Of a stretch of DNA of 64,000 nucleotides, positions 1 to 16,834 are shown one piece after another (the stretch's first letter is position 1; each line of letters opens with the position of its first letter). The DNA lies in NCBI GenBank assembly GCA_964016885.1, contig OZ024742.1:21080001-21144000 (forward strand), read 5' to 3'. Position numbers and translations under genes: made by a program. Origin of the DNA: Eledone cirrhosa. Taxonomy: Eukaryota. A model generated the notes under the pieces. The model made no database searches. It was not told the DNA's origin and saw only the letters and a program-made list of their open reading frames with translations.

Positions 1-301
1 AAAGAAATATGTTTAAAAAGAAATTATCAAATGTAATATGTCGTGATGTCTATTAAAATAAGACAAAACAACTCTTATACTTTGACATGGTCAGTTAAAT
101 GCAGAGGTCAATATGTAGTCTATCTTATATTCTCTCTCACACACACAAGCGCATGAAACCGCAAACGCACAGACGCATAGCAATACGCACATACCCCCCC
201 CCCCCCCCCCACACACACACACGCACATCCACACACACACACGTATATATATAGGTGTATACAATGATGTATGTATGTATGTACGTATCTCATCTCTCTT
301 T

Positions 302-388
<87 letters not shown>

Positions 389-1858
389 TACATACATACA
401 TACTGTGAAATCTTTAGATACATCTGAAAGTTGTTTGAAGTTTGTTCTATCGTGACAGGTTAACGATATATGTAAAGACAGATTGTCAAATAAAACGATA
501 AGCTACATTTGACAATATTGACATAATTCAATGCGTAGCAAGATTTCCCGGGATCCTAAAAGGAATACTGAGTTCTTTTCGGCATCCCAGGATAAGCAAA
601 AGCGTCCACTATGTAAAACCCTACAATGAACCAAATCTAAGTATTTGTATCTTTATTGATTCACTAAACAATTCCTATTTTCATGTTTGTAATATAAACG
701 AAACATATTACTATCTCTCAGGAGAATTACAGAATAAATCTGAGTATTATGTGTTGTAAATAGCCCATGCTTCATACGTATATAACATTTCCAATTAAGA
801 CATGCTGTCAGAAGATTGCGTGCAGGTTTGGCTAGCAAGTAAAAGATATCAGTCATGACAGACATTATGTGAAAGGTACCTCTGAAAAATGTCGAAGACA
901 TTTCTGTTTAAGTTGTGTTATTTAACAGAGAAGGCGCTTGACAGTTGTCCAAGATAATTTCATCAGTGTAAGCTCTAATTACAGATATATTAACAAAATG
1001 GATATGTACATAGAATGTAGAATACCGAAATGCGAAAACTTGAGACATTATTTCCCCGAAAAACATTTTTCATTAGGAAATATGAATCCTATCAAAGTGT
1101 AATTCAATTCAATCTCCAGCATCATGTCTAACAGGAAGACAATCCTGTAAACATCTATAAATATTTGGTAAAATGGCCGAATTAGGAACAAACGTGTATG
1201 TATTAGATCTCAATACAAATACAGGTTTACTGGTATTGCTTAAACATCACAAATAATAATGTTACATCAATGTGTGGTGAACTCAGTATTTCACATATGT
1301 TATCGCTTGTAAGTAATATTCATAGTTACTTATGTTTAATACGAAACTTTAAGAAGAAATCACATATCGTTATCTCTCAAAACCTCAAGCGAGATTTTGC
1401 TTTACTTTCATATTATATAAACAGTTTTAAATAGCAGCAAAAACCGATTTGGTACTAATTCTAATAGATTACTGAATTCAAACTAGCAGATATAACAGAA
1501 ACTATTTCAATTTTATATACTGTAGGGATTAATGTAGATTTAAAAGTAAAGAATAGATTACAATTTGGTTGTGAATATTCGATTTCGTGCAAAGGTTAAT
1601 ATAATTAATGTATAAGCAATATATAAAACTATTTTTATCTAACGTAGAACAAGAAAGAACGTAGAGTAATTATATATATTAAAAAATGAGTTATAATTTG
1701 CTCCGTAAAAATTCTATTTGGATCAAAGGTTACAATATAAAAGAATTATCTTATGATTCAATTTATAAAACGTAAATGCTAGATATTACCTTTCTTGGTG
1801 TACTGGGAAAATGTCAGTAGATATGTGATGCATTTATTGAATCTACTATAAAAAGCGA

Positions 1859-1937
<79 letters not shown>

Positions 1938-2554
1938 AGACTGCCCACCTCTTGATTGTGTCCCCTTACTTTCTAACACCAGTTATTAGTAACCACACAG
2001 CCCTGCTCTCATCCAGCTGAGGATCCGCTTAACGTGAAACAACTGTTCTCGGTATGGTGAACTGACTGTTGTGTTACTACTTCTACCACACTCGTCCCAT
2101 GGACTAAGTGCTCTACTACTACGGATATTACCTTCCAATGTTCTACCTTTATATACATATATATATTATTAAATTCTAAAAACTTAGCCAAGCAGAGTTT
2201 TTTTTCAACTATGATATAATAGTTATGTCTTCTTTGTCAACACGTTGGACAGCAGTCCTTATTCTCTTCTGTTTTACTATTTCTCTCCTTTCTAGATGTT
2301 TCTCCTTTGACGAAACCCTTGTATACTCTATATTTGTGTAATCTGCTTAACGGCATAACTTGTCTATACCCGTTTTGTTGTCATAAGTTGCACTCGAAAA
2401 AACACAAACCCATTGCCCAGACTTGTAAACTCTGGAATGATTTTACTACGGAGATTTATATAAGATAAAGAATGCTAGAAAGCACACAGACGATATTATC
2501 AAAAATTAATTATATATCTTGGAATTATACGAGGATACCATAACTAGATAATTA

Positions 2555-2760
2555 AGAAAGAAGATAGAAGAGAAACTGATGTATACGAAATGTAGTGCTG
2601 GCGAAGGTTATAGATAATATCGTGGTTGAAAAAAGAGCAATAAAATAAATAAGGTAGGATGTGATACCTAAAAGGACTTTGTAGATTGTAAAAACAGATT
2701 AGAATTATTTTGTTACGTTATGAGGGATCTAGCATGTATAGGATTATTATGTTAGGAAAC
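2555..2760 (+). pseudogene. Highly decayed RTE-clade LINE 3' fragment
   Basis: Manual translation gives EDRRETDVYEM*CWRRL*IISW, resembling the RTE C-terminal 'IDAFEMWCWRRML.IPW' motif. It contains stops. Confidence 0.45.
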
Positions 2761-3402
2761 ATCTGACGACTTAAGAGGTTAGTATATCTAGGAATAGAGG
2801 GCACTGTGTAGGCAGAGTGGCGAAAACGTTTTAGGTTACAGAGAAGAAGAAGAAGAAGAAGAAGAAGAAGAAGAAGAAGGAGCGGGAAGTTAGATAAATT
2901 GAGCGAATTAGGTGATCTGTAAGATATACATACATCTGGTCTCGTAAAATATTATGTTAGGAAAGAACTGATGGCTTAAGAGAAAAAGGATGAGCAGGAA
3001 AATAGATAAATGGAGCAAAGTCGGTGATCTGGAGCATATAGACATATATAGACATCTGTTCCAGACATTTCTGAAGAATACAAAGAACTGAAAACAACTG
3101 TACGTGAAGACGGTAGAGGTCGAACAAGATTAGTGAGTATAGGAATATGTGAGAAAGGTTGCTATAGTACATAGTATTTAAGCGGACTTATTAAGGTTGC
3201 TTAGTTTAAGGAGCTTCAAAAACCTTTAAGGAAAGTTGACAAAATTATATGTCCAAGTAGTCATATACCTATACCACTGCATACACACTCATAGACAAAC
3301 ACTGAGACACACACACATATATAAATGTGTGTGTATATATGTGTTTGTATATATATGTATGTATGTGTGTGTGTTTATTCATATATGTATATGTGTGTGT
3401 TC

Positions 3403-3434
<32 letters not shown>

Positions 3435-3486
3435 GAACATATATGTATACATGCATACACACACACGCACACATATATATACATAC

Positions 3487-3576
<90 letters not shown>

Positions 3577-3984
3577 TTATGAAATATGCGCTGTGCATCT
3601 CCAATACTTATAACACTTTTAACACTTTTAATGCTTGCACTATCTTTAATGCTTATAATATTTCTCCACACACAAACTATATCAATCATATAAAGATTTT
3701 GCCACCAGATCTACCAACCTAACACTCTTATTTACCTACCTAAGTGCCTCTACCACACATATCTCTCTGCCACACTATATAAACAAGACGCACATGCGTG
3801 CCACACATATAACATTTGCACTATGTAACCACTTATCTTCATGTTGTACTTTAACCTATATCTTTGATTTTTGATAGTACCTATTAATATAAATGTAATC
3901 TCGAAGTGTGTACTGCCACTCTAAATTCTGTAATGAATGTTGACCCACAATGTTTGAATATGTATCAATGTTTGAATATGTATT

Positions 3985-4290
3985 TGGTATGTCTCTCGGC
4001 TGAAAAGGATGTCATATAACTGTCCATGTATTAATAAATTGCTCCGAAGAATCCAAACCTCGGTTTGGAGGAAACAGCTGTAAGCACAATAATGTTTTGA
4101 GCAGTTCTTTGATTCTTATATTTCATATAACTGCTCTGTAAATCATCTGATGTTTTTACATTGAGCTATTTAACTTACTGGTAATAAGGTAGTAATACAT
4201 TACTGCCTACCACTATTTAGGGTGTGTGTAAAATACTTACAACTGCTTAAGGTTTTGTATTTGCATAACCATAAATAGTATAACTAATAC
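3985..4290 (+). mobile_element. Non-coding hammerhead-bearing repeat (family C), homologous to 57610-57950
   Basis: Shares ttgattctt..tataactgctctgta..ctgatgtt..tacattgagctattta with 57765-57830 and contains a hammerhead motif at 4040-4086. Confidence 0.65.
4040..4086 (+). ncRNA. Minimal type I hammerhead ribozyme (U4C core variant)
   Basis: tgct-CCGAAGA-a-tccaaacc/ggtttgga-g-GAAA-cagctg-TA-agca: stem I tgct/agca, 8-bp stem II, palindromic cagctg in place of stem III. Confidence 0.75.
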
Positions 4291-4327
4291 TATATATACT
4301 TATATATATATACATATATACATATAC

Positions 4328-4358
<31 letters not shown>

Positions 4359-4519
4359 CATATATATATATATGTATATATACATATATATATATATACA
4401 TATATATATACATACATATATATATATATACATATATATATACATACATATATATATATACATACATCTATATATACATACATGTATATATATACATACA
4501 TATTATATATACATACAAT

Positions 4520-5775
4520 ACTTATGCTGTGCCAATTCTAACGCCAACATTTGGCCTGCTGAACTGGTCATTGCAAGAACTAAGTGAGATGAACGTTAGA
4601 ACACTCAAACTTCTCAGTGTTACTGGGAACTTTAACCTCAATGATGATGTGGATAGGCTATACTTCTCACGCAAGGAAGTTGGTTGGGGTCTAAAATCCA
4701 TATTAACAACATATGAGACCCGGATAGTAACACTGAAGCAACACCTTCAACCGAGGAAGAAGGTTGGCAACCATCTTGCCCAGGTTTATAAGCATGAACA
4801 AAAAATATCATTAGAATAGCGACTGATCTGGAGGAGAGATATGGAATAAAGCCTGATATAAATCTCTCACCCAGAGAAATGGGAAGATCCTATTCAATGT
4901 TCAAACAATATGAAAAAATTGACCTATTTACAGAAAAAGTTGTGCATGGATGCCTGAGACGTAAAACACAGACCATAGAGGGGATAAACCACTCAAAAAG
5001 CCTGGCATGGAGTTCCGACAAGTTTATGACATCACACCTTCAGGGATATCTCTATGCAATACAGGAACAAGAAATCCCTACCAAATATCTGCTGCACAAA
5101 AGGGGAGGGCCGGCAGCTGACAATAAATGTAGGCTATGTAAAACAAAGATCGAGGATGTAAGCCACATTGTTGCCAGCTGCGAAATAATGTCATCTCGCT
5201 ACTACCTCCCCATGAGACACGAAGGGATAGCTAGAACCATCTGGAACGCACCTCGGAAAACAAAATTAACAACAAACGAGGAGGAATATATTGAGACAGA
5301 TGGCACTAAGGAATACTGATGGAACCTGAAAATAAAAACTGCCACCAAATTAAAGCACAACCGGCCTGATATTGTTGTTTGGGACCACACATAGAAAACG
5401 TGTTCTGTTGTGGTGATCAGCTGCACACTTGATGTAAACGTTGTCAGAAAAATACAGGAGAAGGGGGACATCTACGGACTATTGATGAGCAGTTTACAAA
5501 TCCAGTATCCAAGATACACCTTTAGCTTCATACCCATCATTATTGGAGCTACGGGTTATATACCAACCCGCTTGGACCAAAGTATGACTGAACTTGGATT
5601 TGCCGACAAAAAGGGCAGCTCCCTAATTCATAGTCTACCAATGGCTGCGATAGCTGGCACCTTCAACATTTGCAAAACATTATTGCGATTCAAGGGATGA
5701 TAATTTCTTTTCTTTTACAACCTTGCCACCAGGAAGGTGGCCGGTCAGAAAAATATACTCAAAATGAAGAGAAAG
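4520..5775 (+). mobile_element. 5'-truncated RLE-type non-LTR retrotransposon (R4/Dong-like), disrupted ORF
   Basis: ORFs 4529-4819, 4879-5319 and 5410-5700 give [12 protein letters not shown], the CCHC finger CRLC..HIVASC, RH, KHNRPDIVVWD (PD..D/E-type restriction-like endonuclease) and IPIIIGATG. Stops are present and the element is flanked by (TA)n. Confidence 0.85.
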
Positions 5776-5818
5776 AGACACATATAAATATATACATACA
5801 TATATATATACATACATA

Positions 5819-5851
<33 letters not shown>

Positions 5852-6345
5852 GATGGCTGCCAATTCGTTTTCGAGTACGGCCACTACTTTATATCCATGT
5901 AGGAGAACCCCTACCAATGCGCTGAACGAGTGCGACTTTTTAGTCCAGCCAGCGACTTGAAAACTCTCGTACAAACACTACACTTGTGACAATTATTGAC
6001 ACATAGTGCTGGGCCCATGGTACCATGTGACGACAAGTGCAGAGAGATCTCCAGATATAAAGCAATGCCTGTGCTGTGAAGCTTTTATAGTGAGCAAAGG
6101 CACTGCACAAAGCCGGTCCCACTCTCTTAACCAAGATGATATTTACCAAAAAGAAGAACAATTCAACATCATTGGATACCATCAGGGTTGCAGGTGTTAT
6201 ATCAGAGTTTTCCTTCTCCTAGAATTCTGCCTTGACAAAGGCTAAGGGGTCATCTCTCCCGGTGATTTTGGATGGCTATTGACTCTTAAGAGCCCCTTTG
6301 CCTTTTGACAGGTTTTGTTTTTAGTCCTGCAGGATGTCCAAAGCC
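5852..6345 (-). mobile_element. Non-autonomous RTE-like element, 5'-truncated copy
   Basis: Near-identical to the reverse complement of 55920-56413. Confidence 0.8.
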
Positions 6346-6626
6346 ATATATACATATATATATACATAAATATATATATATATGCATATATATATATATT
6401 TATGTATATATATATGTATATATATATGTATGTATATGTATATATGTATGTATATATATATACATACATCTATATATACATACATATATACATATACATA
6501 CATATATATATACATATATATATACATAAATATATATATATATATATATGCATATATATATATATACATATATATAGTATAAAAGAGAAAACACAGGTAA
6601 GCATTAAGTGAAAGATTTTACCCAGG

Positions 6627-6728
6627 TATTTACGACCGTTTCATTGGTAAGTGCAACCTTATATTGCTATACTGCAAATAGCAGCCACTCAATTATAATT
6701 GTTGTTCACAGTCCAAATTTTCAAAATA
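6627..6728 (-). ncRNA. Hammerhead ribozyme motif (U3-A8 core) downstream of a PLE endonuclease fragment
   Basis: Minus strand reads tatt-TTGAAAA-tttgg..(long loop)..ccaat-GAAA-cggtcg-TA-aata. Confidence 0.6.
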
Positions 6729-7286
6729 GTAAGTTACTCTTGAAATAATTCTTAATATATAGAGAAAAACATTTATTTGGAATTGTATTTACTAGTATAG
6801 AGAGAGAAGAATCAGGAGGTGAGGGGACAGACGGAATAGTATAGAGAGAGAGAGGAAGGGGGAAGAGGTCGGAAGTAGAGTGACAAACTGAGATGGAGGG
6901 AGGGGTAGATTTGGAAGGATTCCTTGGTCAGTTTTGATAGCAGACTTCATGTCGTGGAATGTAGTGTGTTAAAGAGAATTAAATTGATCATAGAGGGAGG
7001 GATGGATAGAGAGGGAGAGAGAGGGGGGGGGATATAAAGAGATAAATATATATATAAAAAATAAAGATAAAGATAATAATGACAAAATTAAAAGCAAAGA
7101 AGGGGTGAGAAAGAAGAAAAGAAAAGATAGCCAAGAAGGGAAGGGAAGGAAGGAAGAAAACGGAAAAATAGAAGAGGAATGAGGGAGAAGAGGGGGATAT
7201 GGTTTTGAGGGTAATTAAAAGGGTTTAGATACAACAAGAGGGTATAAAGTCTAAGTATATGCTGTTTGTCAGTTGGTAGTAAGAGG

Positions 7287-7740
7287 TTAAGGGTTCGATT
7301 TGTAGTGCGAAAACTTCTCTTTGAGTCTATGATTACAATAAATTGATCTTTCGATTTTATTGTTGAGTAACTTATTCTTCGAACTCAAGATGTGGAACAG
7401 CTCAAGGTCGCATAATCGACAGCTTCTCATACCACTCCGATATTGGGGCGCGTTTGATAATTTTTTCCACTTCAGGGTGTATTGATGGTTACTTTCCCTC
7501 AGTGCCAGGTCTTGTTTGCAAGGGTAGTTACATAACGATGGTGGGAATGTTTCATTGCGTAACGGTGCGTATACCAACGGGCTTTAAATGTATTCCCAGT
7601 CGCTCCGTTGTAATACCATTTCTAGTTGGCTGATTCCGCTGTGCATTGGTAAACCAGGTTAGACTGCATACATTCATTATGTAATGGAGAGGTTTCAGGT
7701 AGGTGGCATTTACAGTTCTTGTCATGGGCAACTTTGGCAT
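7287..7740 (-). pseudogene. Penelope-like element GIY-YIG endonuclease C-terminal fragment (third PLE family)
   Basis: Fragments [24 protein letters not shown] and YTLKWKKLSNAPQY..SCRLCDLE..LLNNKIE...CNHR match a PLE GIY-YIG tail. They are broken by stops and frameshifts, and a pyrimidine-rich 3' region runs to the hammerhead at about 6.6 kb. Confidence 0.75.
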
Positions 7741-7947
7741 TATTGGTGGGCTGCGATGCCTGTACAAGTGTATTACGTTTAGTTTGCCTGCTAGCGGGTG
7801 GTTGTGTGTTAGATATTCTGTTGAGTTCGGTGGTGATTGTATTGTTATTGTTGTAAATTTGTGTTTTGGTGTTGTTATGTATCTTTTTAGCGTAAATATA
7901 CATATATATATACATATATATATACATATACATATATATATACATAT

Positions 7948-8036
<89 letters not shown>

Positions 8037-8189
8037 CAAGATGTATGGTAGGTCGTATGTGAATCGCGGTGATCACGTCTGACCTGCCAAATATATGACG
8101 GTAGCTAGTTAAGCTCTATGCGTATACGCAGAGCAGAAATATTAGTGAAAAAGAACAAAGGAACTATTATGACATTATAACGAGTTTAT

Positions 8190-8236
8190 TGCCGACAGCC
8201 GTTTCGTCCGACCATATGGTGGGACTTTTCAAGGCA
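8190..8236 (-). ncRNA. Minimal hammerhead ribozyme (U3-A8 core)
   Basis: Minus strand reads tgcc-TTGAAAA-gtcc..ggac-GAAA-cggctg-TC-ggca. Confidence 0.75.
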
Positions 8237-10292
8237 TATAACATGTGATTGTAGGATCATTCTTTACATCAACGTATCACTCAAGGCTAGTAGTTTGAAA
8301 TTGTGGTATACATCAGCAGCTCCGCTTGTATAGTTGGGGTCTATATTCTAAGGGGGCTCTTTTATATTAGTTGTCGGGGTCAGGGATTGAAGGTTAAAAA
8401 TTAGATAATATATAATTGACGCATTAACAGTAAACTAAAAGACTTGGGATCCCGTAGAAGCACCTTAAAAAATCCCTCAATAAGTGCATAAAGCTTACAG
8501 GCTACAATAAGCCTAATAAACTAGAAGAAATTAAGAGGCTAATAAAATAAAAAATAAAAATATAAAGTTTCCCTAAAAAATATAGAGTTTCCTATGGAAT
8601 TCCTTCGAGAGAAAATTTTTTTTTTCCCAAAGAGAAAAACTTTCTTCCCCCGAGATCACGTTTACACATTTCTGAAAACTTACGGAGTTTTGATATTCCC
8701 TACTAAGTTGAAAGAAACTAATCACTTAAAGGTTAATTCAAAGAGCCTTCTATAAATCTCTCAGAACACACTGGTTTTTTTTACCAATATAGCATGTAGA
8801 CCAATGCATCCTATGTAGCGAGACCTTGGACTTAGAACCGGCAGGCTGGTCTATCGCAAAGGCGTGCAACCCCCGAAACTAAAAGATCGAACGGACCACA
8901 CCCAGCAACCACTAGCTATTAGATCCACAGGTACATTTTCCAGAGAGTCCACACAGCTGATAGTGAATCCCAGTTGATCCGTGAACTATGAACTTTTAAA
9001 CAAGACCAACAGTGCCTGGAGCTATGCAGATGACTACATACGCATAATGGATATCGCGCCCACACGGTCACCAGTACTGTTCATCCTGTTGTATGTATGT
9101 AAATATCCGTGCACGGGATATCCCTGAGTACATTTTCTTGACCATCAATTGTTAATTGATTGTTTGTTAACTAGGCAGGAATATACCATTATGTCTGTGC
9201 TAATCCTATGTGTTGCTGTATGTGTGTAAAGTATCCGAGCGCGGGATATCCCTGAGCTAATTTTGCCTGACTGTTAATAGTGTATTGATTACTGGTTAAT
9301 TAGGCAGGAATATATTATATATTATTATGTCTTTGTTAATCCTGTATCAATAATTTTATGATAATTTTTTGTGATAATACATCGTTAGATTACTGAAGCT
9401 ACCTTATACCTTCTTAAAAATACATGTTATAATTATTGTCTTTTTGCTAATGTATTTTCTTATTTACCACTTTCTTTAATCTTGCCCAACTTGATAAACT
9501 CTTTGAATTGCTCCCTAATTAAATTACTTAAATTACTTAAATTATTGTATCTATTATGCCTAAGTTGTATCTGTTGAAGCAGCCCTTTGAAAATTCCTCG
9601 GATATCCCGAATACCGTAATTTTTAACTTTTAATGTATAATTTTCCTCAATTCGTTTTTATATATATCCTTAAAGGCTCTCTAAAATTTTAATTCTTCGA
9701 AGGGTCTCTCGGAGGAAGTTCCTATTAAAAATATTAAAGTGGCCTTTTCTGAGAGATTTATAGAAGGCTCTTTGAATTAACCTTTAAGTGATTAGTTTCT
9801 TTCAACTTAGTAGGGAATATCAAAACTCCGTAAGTTTTCAGAAATGTGTAAACGTGATCTCGGGGGAAGAAAGTTATTTTCTTTAAGAAAAAATTTTTTT
9901 CTCTCGAAGGAATTCCATAGGAAACTCTATATTTTTTAGGGAAACTTTATATTTTAATTTTTTATTTTATTAGCCTCTTAATTTCTTCTAGTTTATTAGG
10001 CTTATTGGAGCCTGTAAGCTTTATGTACTTATTGAGGGATTTTTTTAATGTGCTTCTACGGGATCCCAAGTCTTTTAGTTTACTGTTAATGCGTCAATTA
10101 TATATTATCTAAATTATATATTATCTAATTTTTAACCTTCAATCCCTGACCTCGACAACTAATATAAAAGAGCCACCTTAGAATATAGACCCCAACTATA
10201 CAAGCGGAGCTGCTGATGTATACCACAATTTCAAACTGCTAGCCTTGAGTGATACGTTGATGTAAATAATGATCCTACAATCACATGTTATA

Positions 10293-10339
10293 TGCCTTGA
10301 AAAGTCCCACCATATGGTCGGACGAAACGGCTGTCAGCA
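10293..10339 (+). ncRNA. Minimal hammerhead ribozyme (U3-A8 core), inverted partner of 8190-8236
   Basis: tgcc-TTGAAAA-gtcc..ggac-GAAA-cggctg-TC-agca, with one stem I mismatch. Confidence 0.7.
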
Positions 10340-10387
10340 ATAAACTCGTTATAATGTCATAATAGTTCCTTTGTTCTTTTTCACTAA

Positions 10388-11908
<1,521 letters not shown>

Positions 11909-11911
11909 TAC

Positions 11912-11946
<35 letters not shown>

Positions 11947-12043
11947 CATATATACATATATATATATACATATATATATACATATATATATATACATATA
12001 TATATACATATATATATACATATATATATACATATATATATAC

Positions 12044-12897
<854 letters not shown>

Positions 12898-12899
12898 TC

Positions 12900-12936
<37 letters not shown>

Positions 12937-12938
12937 GC

Positions 12939-12969
<31 letters not shown>

Positions 12970-13034
12970 CATATATATATACATATATATATACATATAT
13001 ATATATATACATATATATATACATATATATATAC

Positions 13035-13079
<45 letters not shown>

Positions 13080-13116
13080 CATATATATATACATATATAT
13101 ATATATATACATATAA

Positions 13117-13147
<31 letters not shown>

Positions 13148-13242
13148 CAAATATATATATATATACATATAAATATATATATATATACATATATATATAC
13201 ATATATATATGTATATACATATATATATACATATAAATATAA

Positions 13243-13299
<57 letters not shown>

Positions 13300-13300
13300 C

Positions 13301-13333
<33 letters not shown>

Positions 13334-13342
13334 CATATATAC

Positions 13343-13415
<73 letters not shown>

Positions 13416-13548
13416 CATATATATATACATATATATATACATATATATATATACATATATATATACATATATATATACATATATATATACATATATATAT
13501 ACATATATATATATACATATGTATATACATATATATATATATATATAC

Positions 13549-13639
<91 letters not shown>

Positions 13640-13669
13640 TCTATATATATATATACATATATATATATA

Positions 13670-14065
13670 TTGTTATACTTTGGGAGGGTCATATTTGTGT
13701 AATATTGCCAGAATTAATAACAGAACACAGTCACTGTTTGGTTGGTTTTCGCTTCTCGCTGTCTTTTATATCGGTAATCTAACTTACTTGGTCCTCAATG
13801 TTGCCATTGACTGACCGACGGTAAAAAATAATACAGATACAATATAGACACAAACACGTATATATAGTTTATCATAAATCTTTCGTTGCACATCTGCAAC
13901 ATCGTCAGTGGTGTTATATTTTCCTCCTGTTGTGTTGAATGTCTACGCCATTTTTATTCAGTCTGGCTATATATTTATTTATTTATTTGCTTGTTTGTTT
14001 ATTTTATTTCGTCTTCTTTGCGCATGCGTTTCCGTGTGTGTATAGTCTTATGTTTGCTGTGTGAT
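13670..14065 (-). mobile_element. Solo pLTR segment of PLE family 2
   Basis: Matches 33577-33980 and includes a hammerhead-like motif at about 13870-13912. Confidence 0.8.
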
Positions 14066-14119
14066 ATATACATATATATATATATACATATATATATATA
14101 CATATACATATATACATAT

Positions 14120-14166
<47 letters not shown>

Positions 14167-14229
14167 CATATATATATATACATATATATATATGTATATA
14201 TATACATATATATATATATACATATATAT

Positions 14230-14774
14230 ATTGTTATACTTTGGGAGGGTCATGTTGCCAGTAAGAAACTCACGCATCAATTGCTTTCACTTCAATTTAT
14301 TATTATAAATTTCTGGTTGGTTGGTTGTTTCCACAACCAGATAGTTGTTTATATATTGTCATAGTTCTTTCGTTCCACACTATGTGACCTCTTCAGTGAC
14401 TGGGGATTCTTTTCTTATTTGTTTTTGTGCCTCTCCTTTGTTCTGTCTTACGCCATTTTGTTTCTCAAAACAAAATGGCCTAGGACAGAACAAAGAAGAG
14501 GCACAAAAACAAAGAAGAAAAGAATCCCCAGTAACTGAAGAGATCACAGAGTGTGTGACGAAAGAACTATGACAATATATAAACAACTATCTGGTTGTGG
14601 AACCAACCAACCAACCAGAAATTTATAAATTTATAAATTTATTATAATAAATTGAAGTGAAAGCATATGGTGCGTGTGTTTCTTATTGGCAACATGACCC
14701 TCCCAAAGTATAACAATATCGGTTTCAACACACGATTTCAGATACAGAATCTTACTAAACAAATTCAGAAACGA

Positions 14775-14777
<3 letters not shown>
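14230..14777. mobile_element. Fold-back pair of PLE family 1 pLTR segments
   Basis: 14230-14464 is the reverse complement of about 14467-14716, and both match 20860-21127. Hammerheads lie at 14358-14400 (-) and 14531-14573 (+), with a ~60 nt tail on the right arm. Confidence 0.85.
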
Positions 14778-14832
<55 letters not shown>

Positions 14833-14913
14833 CATATTTACATATATATATATATACACATATATATATATACATATATACATATATATATATACATATA
14901 TATATATACATAT

Positions 14914-14972
<59 letters not shown>

Positions 14973-14973
14973 C

Positions 14974-15020
<47 letters not shown>

Positions 15021-15131
15021 CCTATATATATATACATATATATATACATATATATATACATATATATACATATATCTATATACATATGTACATATATATA
15101 TACATATATATATATACATATATATATATAC

Positions 15132-15162
<31 letters not shown>

Positions 15163-15298
15163 CATATATATATACATATATACATATATATATATACATA
15201 TACATATTTACATATATATATACATATATATATATATACATATATACATATATATATATACATATATATATACATATATATATACATATATACATACA

Positions 15299-15334
<36 letters not shown>

Positions 15335-15399
15335 CATATTTATATATACATATATATATACATATATATATACATATAAAGAATTAATATATCTACCGA

Positions 15400-15893
15400 C
15401 ATATGTATACAGATGCATACCTATGCTAGCAGATATATATGTTTTGTCTTAGTAACTTTGTAGTTCTTTATAATTATTTATATAGCTCTCCAAATTATTT
15501 GTTTAGCAAAATTTGCCAAATTACTACTGTGACTGATAGTAGTGGCTAGGCTCTGTCTTAATAGCACCCCCACTCTAAGCTGGTTAACCTCAGTGTCACG
15601 TGATTAATTCTTTTGAATTTGCCACTTGACCAAGGAGGCAGCGAATTTTTCAGTGTTTAGAATCTAGCCCCGCTCGATTTTTTCGCTTTTTTCCATCCAC
15701 TGAATTATTGTTATATAAGCTTTCAGTGTCCCCGCATTGCCTGGTGGCTTAGCTGAGAATAGACTCCCTGATGACGTAAGGCTGCTCTACAGGTATTACA
15801 TAACCGTATTTATCCCCTTACAGAAACTAATTAGTTGGAGAGAAATTTTAGTAAGTAAGTCAATTTTCATAACTTTCTTATTTACGTCTTTCA
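15400..15893 (+). mobile_element. Diverged relative of the family F retrozyme-like element
   Basis: Shares ctccaaattatttgt, gtcacgtgatt..tttgaatttgccac and tccactgaattat. Hammerhead ctcc-CTGATGA-cgtaagg..ccttaca-GAAA-ctaattag-TT-ggag at 15764-15840. Confidence 0.75.
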
Positions 15894-15947
15894 TATATAT
15901 ATATACATATATATATACTTATATATATATATACATAAATATATACA

Positions 15948-16031
<84 letters not shown>

Positions 16032-16042
16032 CATATATATAC

Positions 16043-16121
<79 letters not shown>

Positions 16122-16138
16122 CATATATATATATAAAT

Positions 16139-16720
16139 ATAAAAACAAATAACGAAACGAAATTAAATTTCGTTTCGTTTGTAACTCACTTTTGTATGAC
16201 TGACGCTTAACAGTATACATATGTGGATGTACATTTTTAACTTAATTGTTTAAGCGTCAGTCATACAAAAGTGAGTTACAAACGAAACGAAATTTAATTT
16301 CGTTTCGTTATTTGTTTTTATCGTCTCCGTTGAACCGGTACATACTCACGCTCTATGCAAATTAATCTGCCCACTACTAATTTTCATAGAAAAAGCATAT
16401 AACGATATGTGCTTTTACGATTCTCTAGAGAGGCTGGAAGATAGGTAAATATTGCTGATGAGATGTAACAACATCGAAACTATTTCAATATTCCTTGTCT
16501 GGCTTTCTGGAGAATAGAGGAAAGGTGTTTCCTAAAAAACCAGTATGACTCTAAAAACCGGTTTGTCTGTGTGCTTACATACAGAATAGCTGGACACTCA
16601 CAGTAAAGTGACCAGTGAAAAACTCGGTACATATACATATGTATACGTGTGTGTATTCATATGCATACTAGTATTTCAGTATACATATGTGGATGTACAT
16701 TTTTAACTTAATTGTTTATA
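16139..16720 (+). mobile_element. Small non-coding element with a 5' inverted segment, terminal redundancy and a hammerhead
   Basis: 16139-16210 is the reverse complement of 16250-16321. cagtatacatatgtggatgtacatttttaacttaattgttta is repeated at 16211 and 16677. Confidence 0.7.
16448..16492 (+). ncRNA. Minimal hammerhead ribozyme
   Basis: aatattg-CTGATGA-gatgt aaca acatc-GAAA-ctat-TT-caatatt: 7-bp stem I, 5-bp stem II. Confidence 0.75.
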
Positions 16721-16728
16721 TAAATATA

Positions 16729-16834
<106 letters not shown>

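Noticed and set aside
400-1850. Unique AT-rich sequence examined for host exons (also 58400-59500 and 61700-62500)
   Set aside because: No recognisable protein motif or convincing splice-bounded frame was found. Small exons cannot be excluded without RNA-seq.
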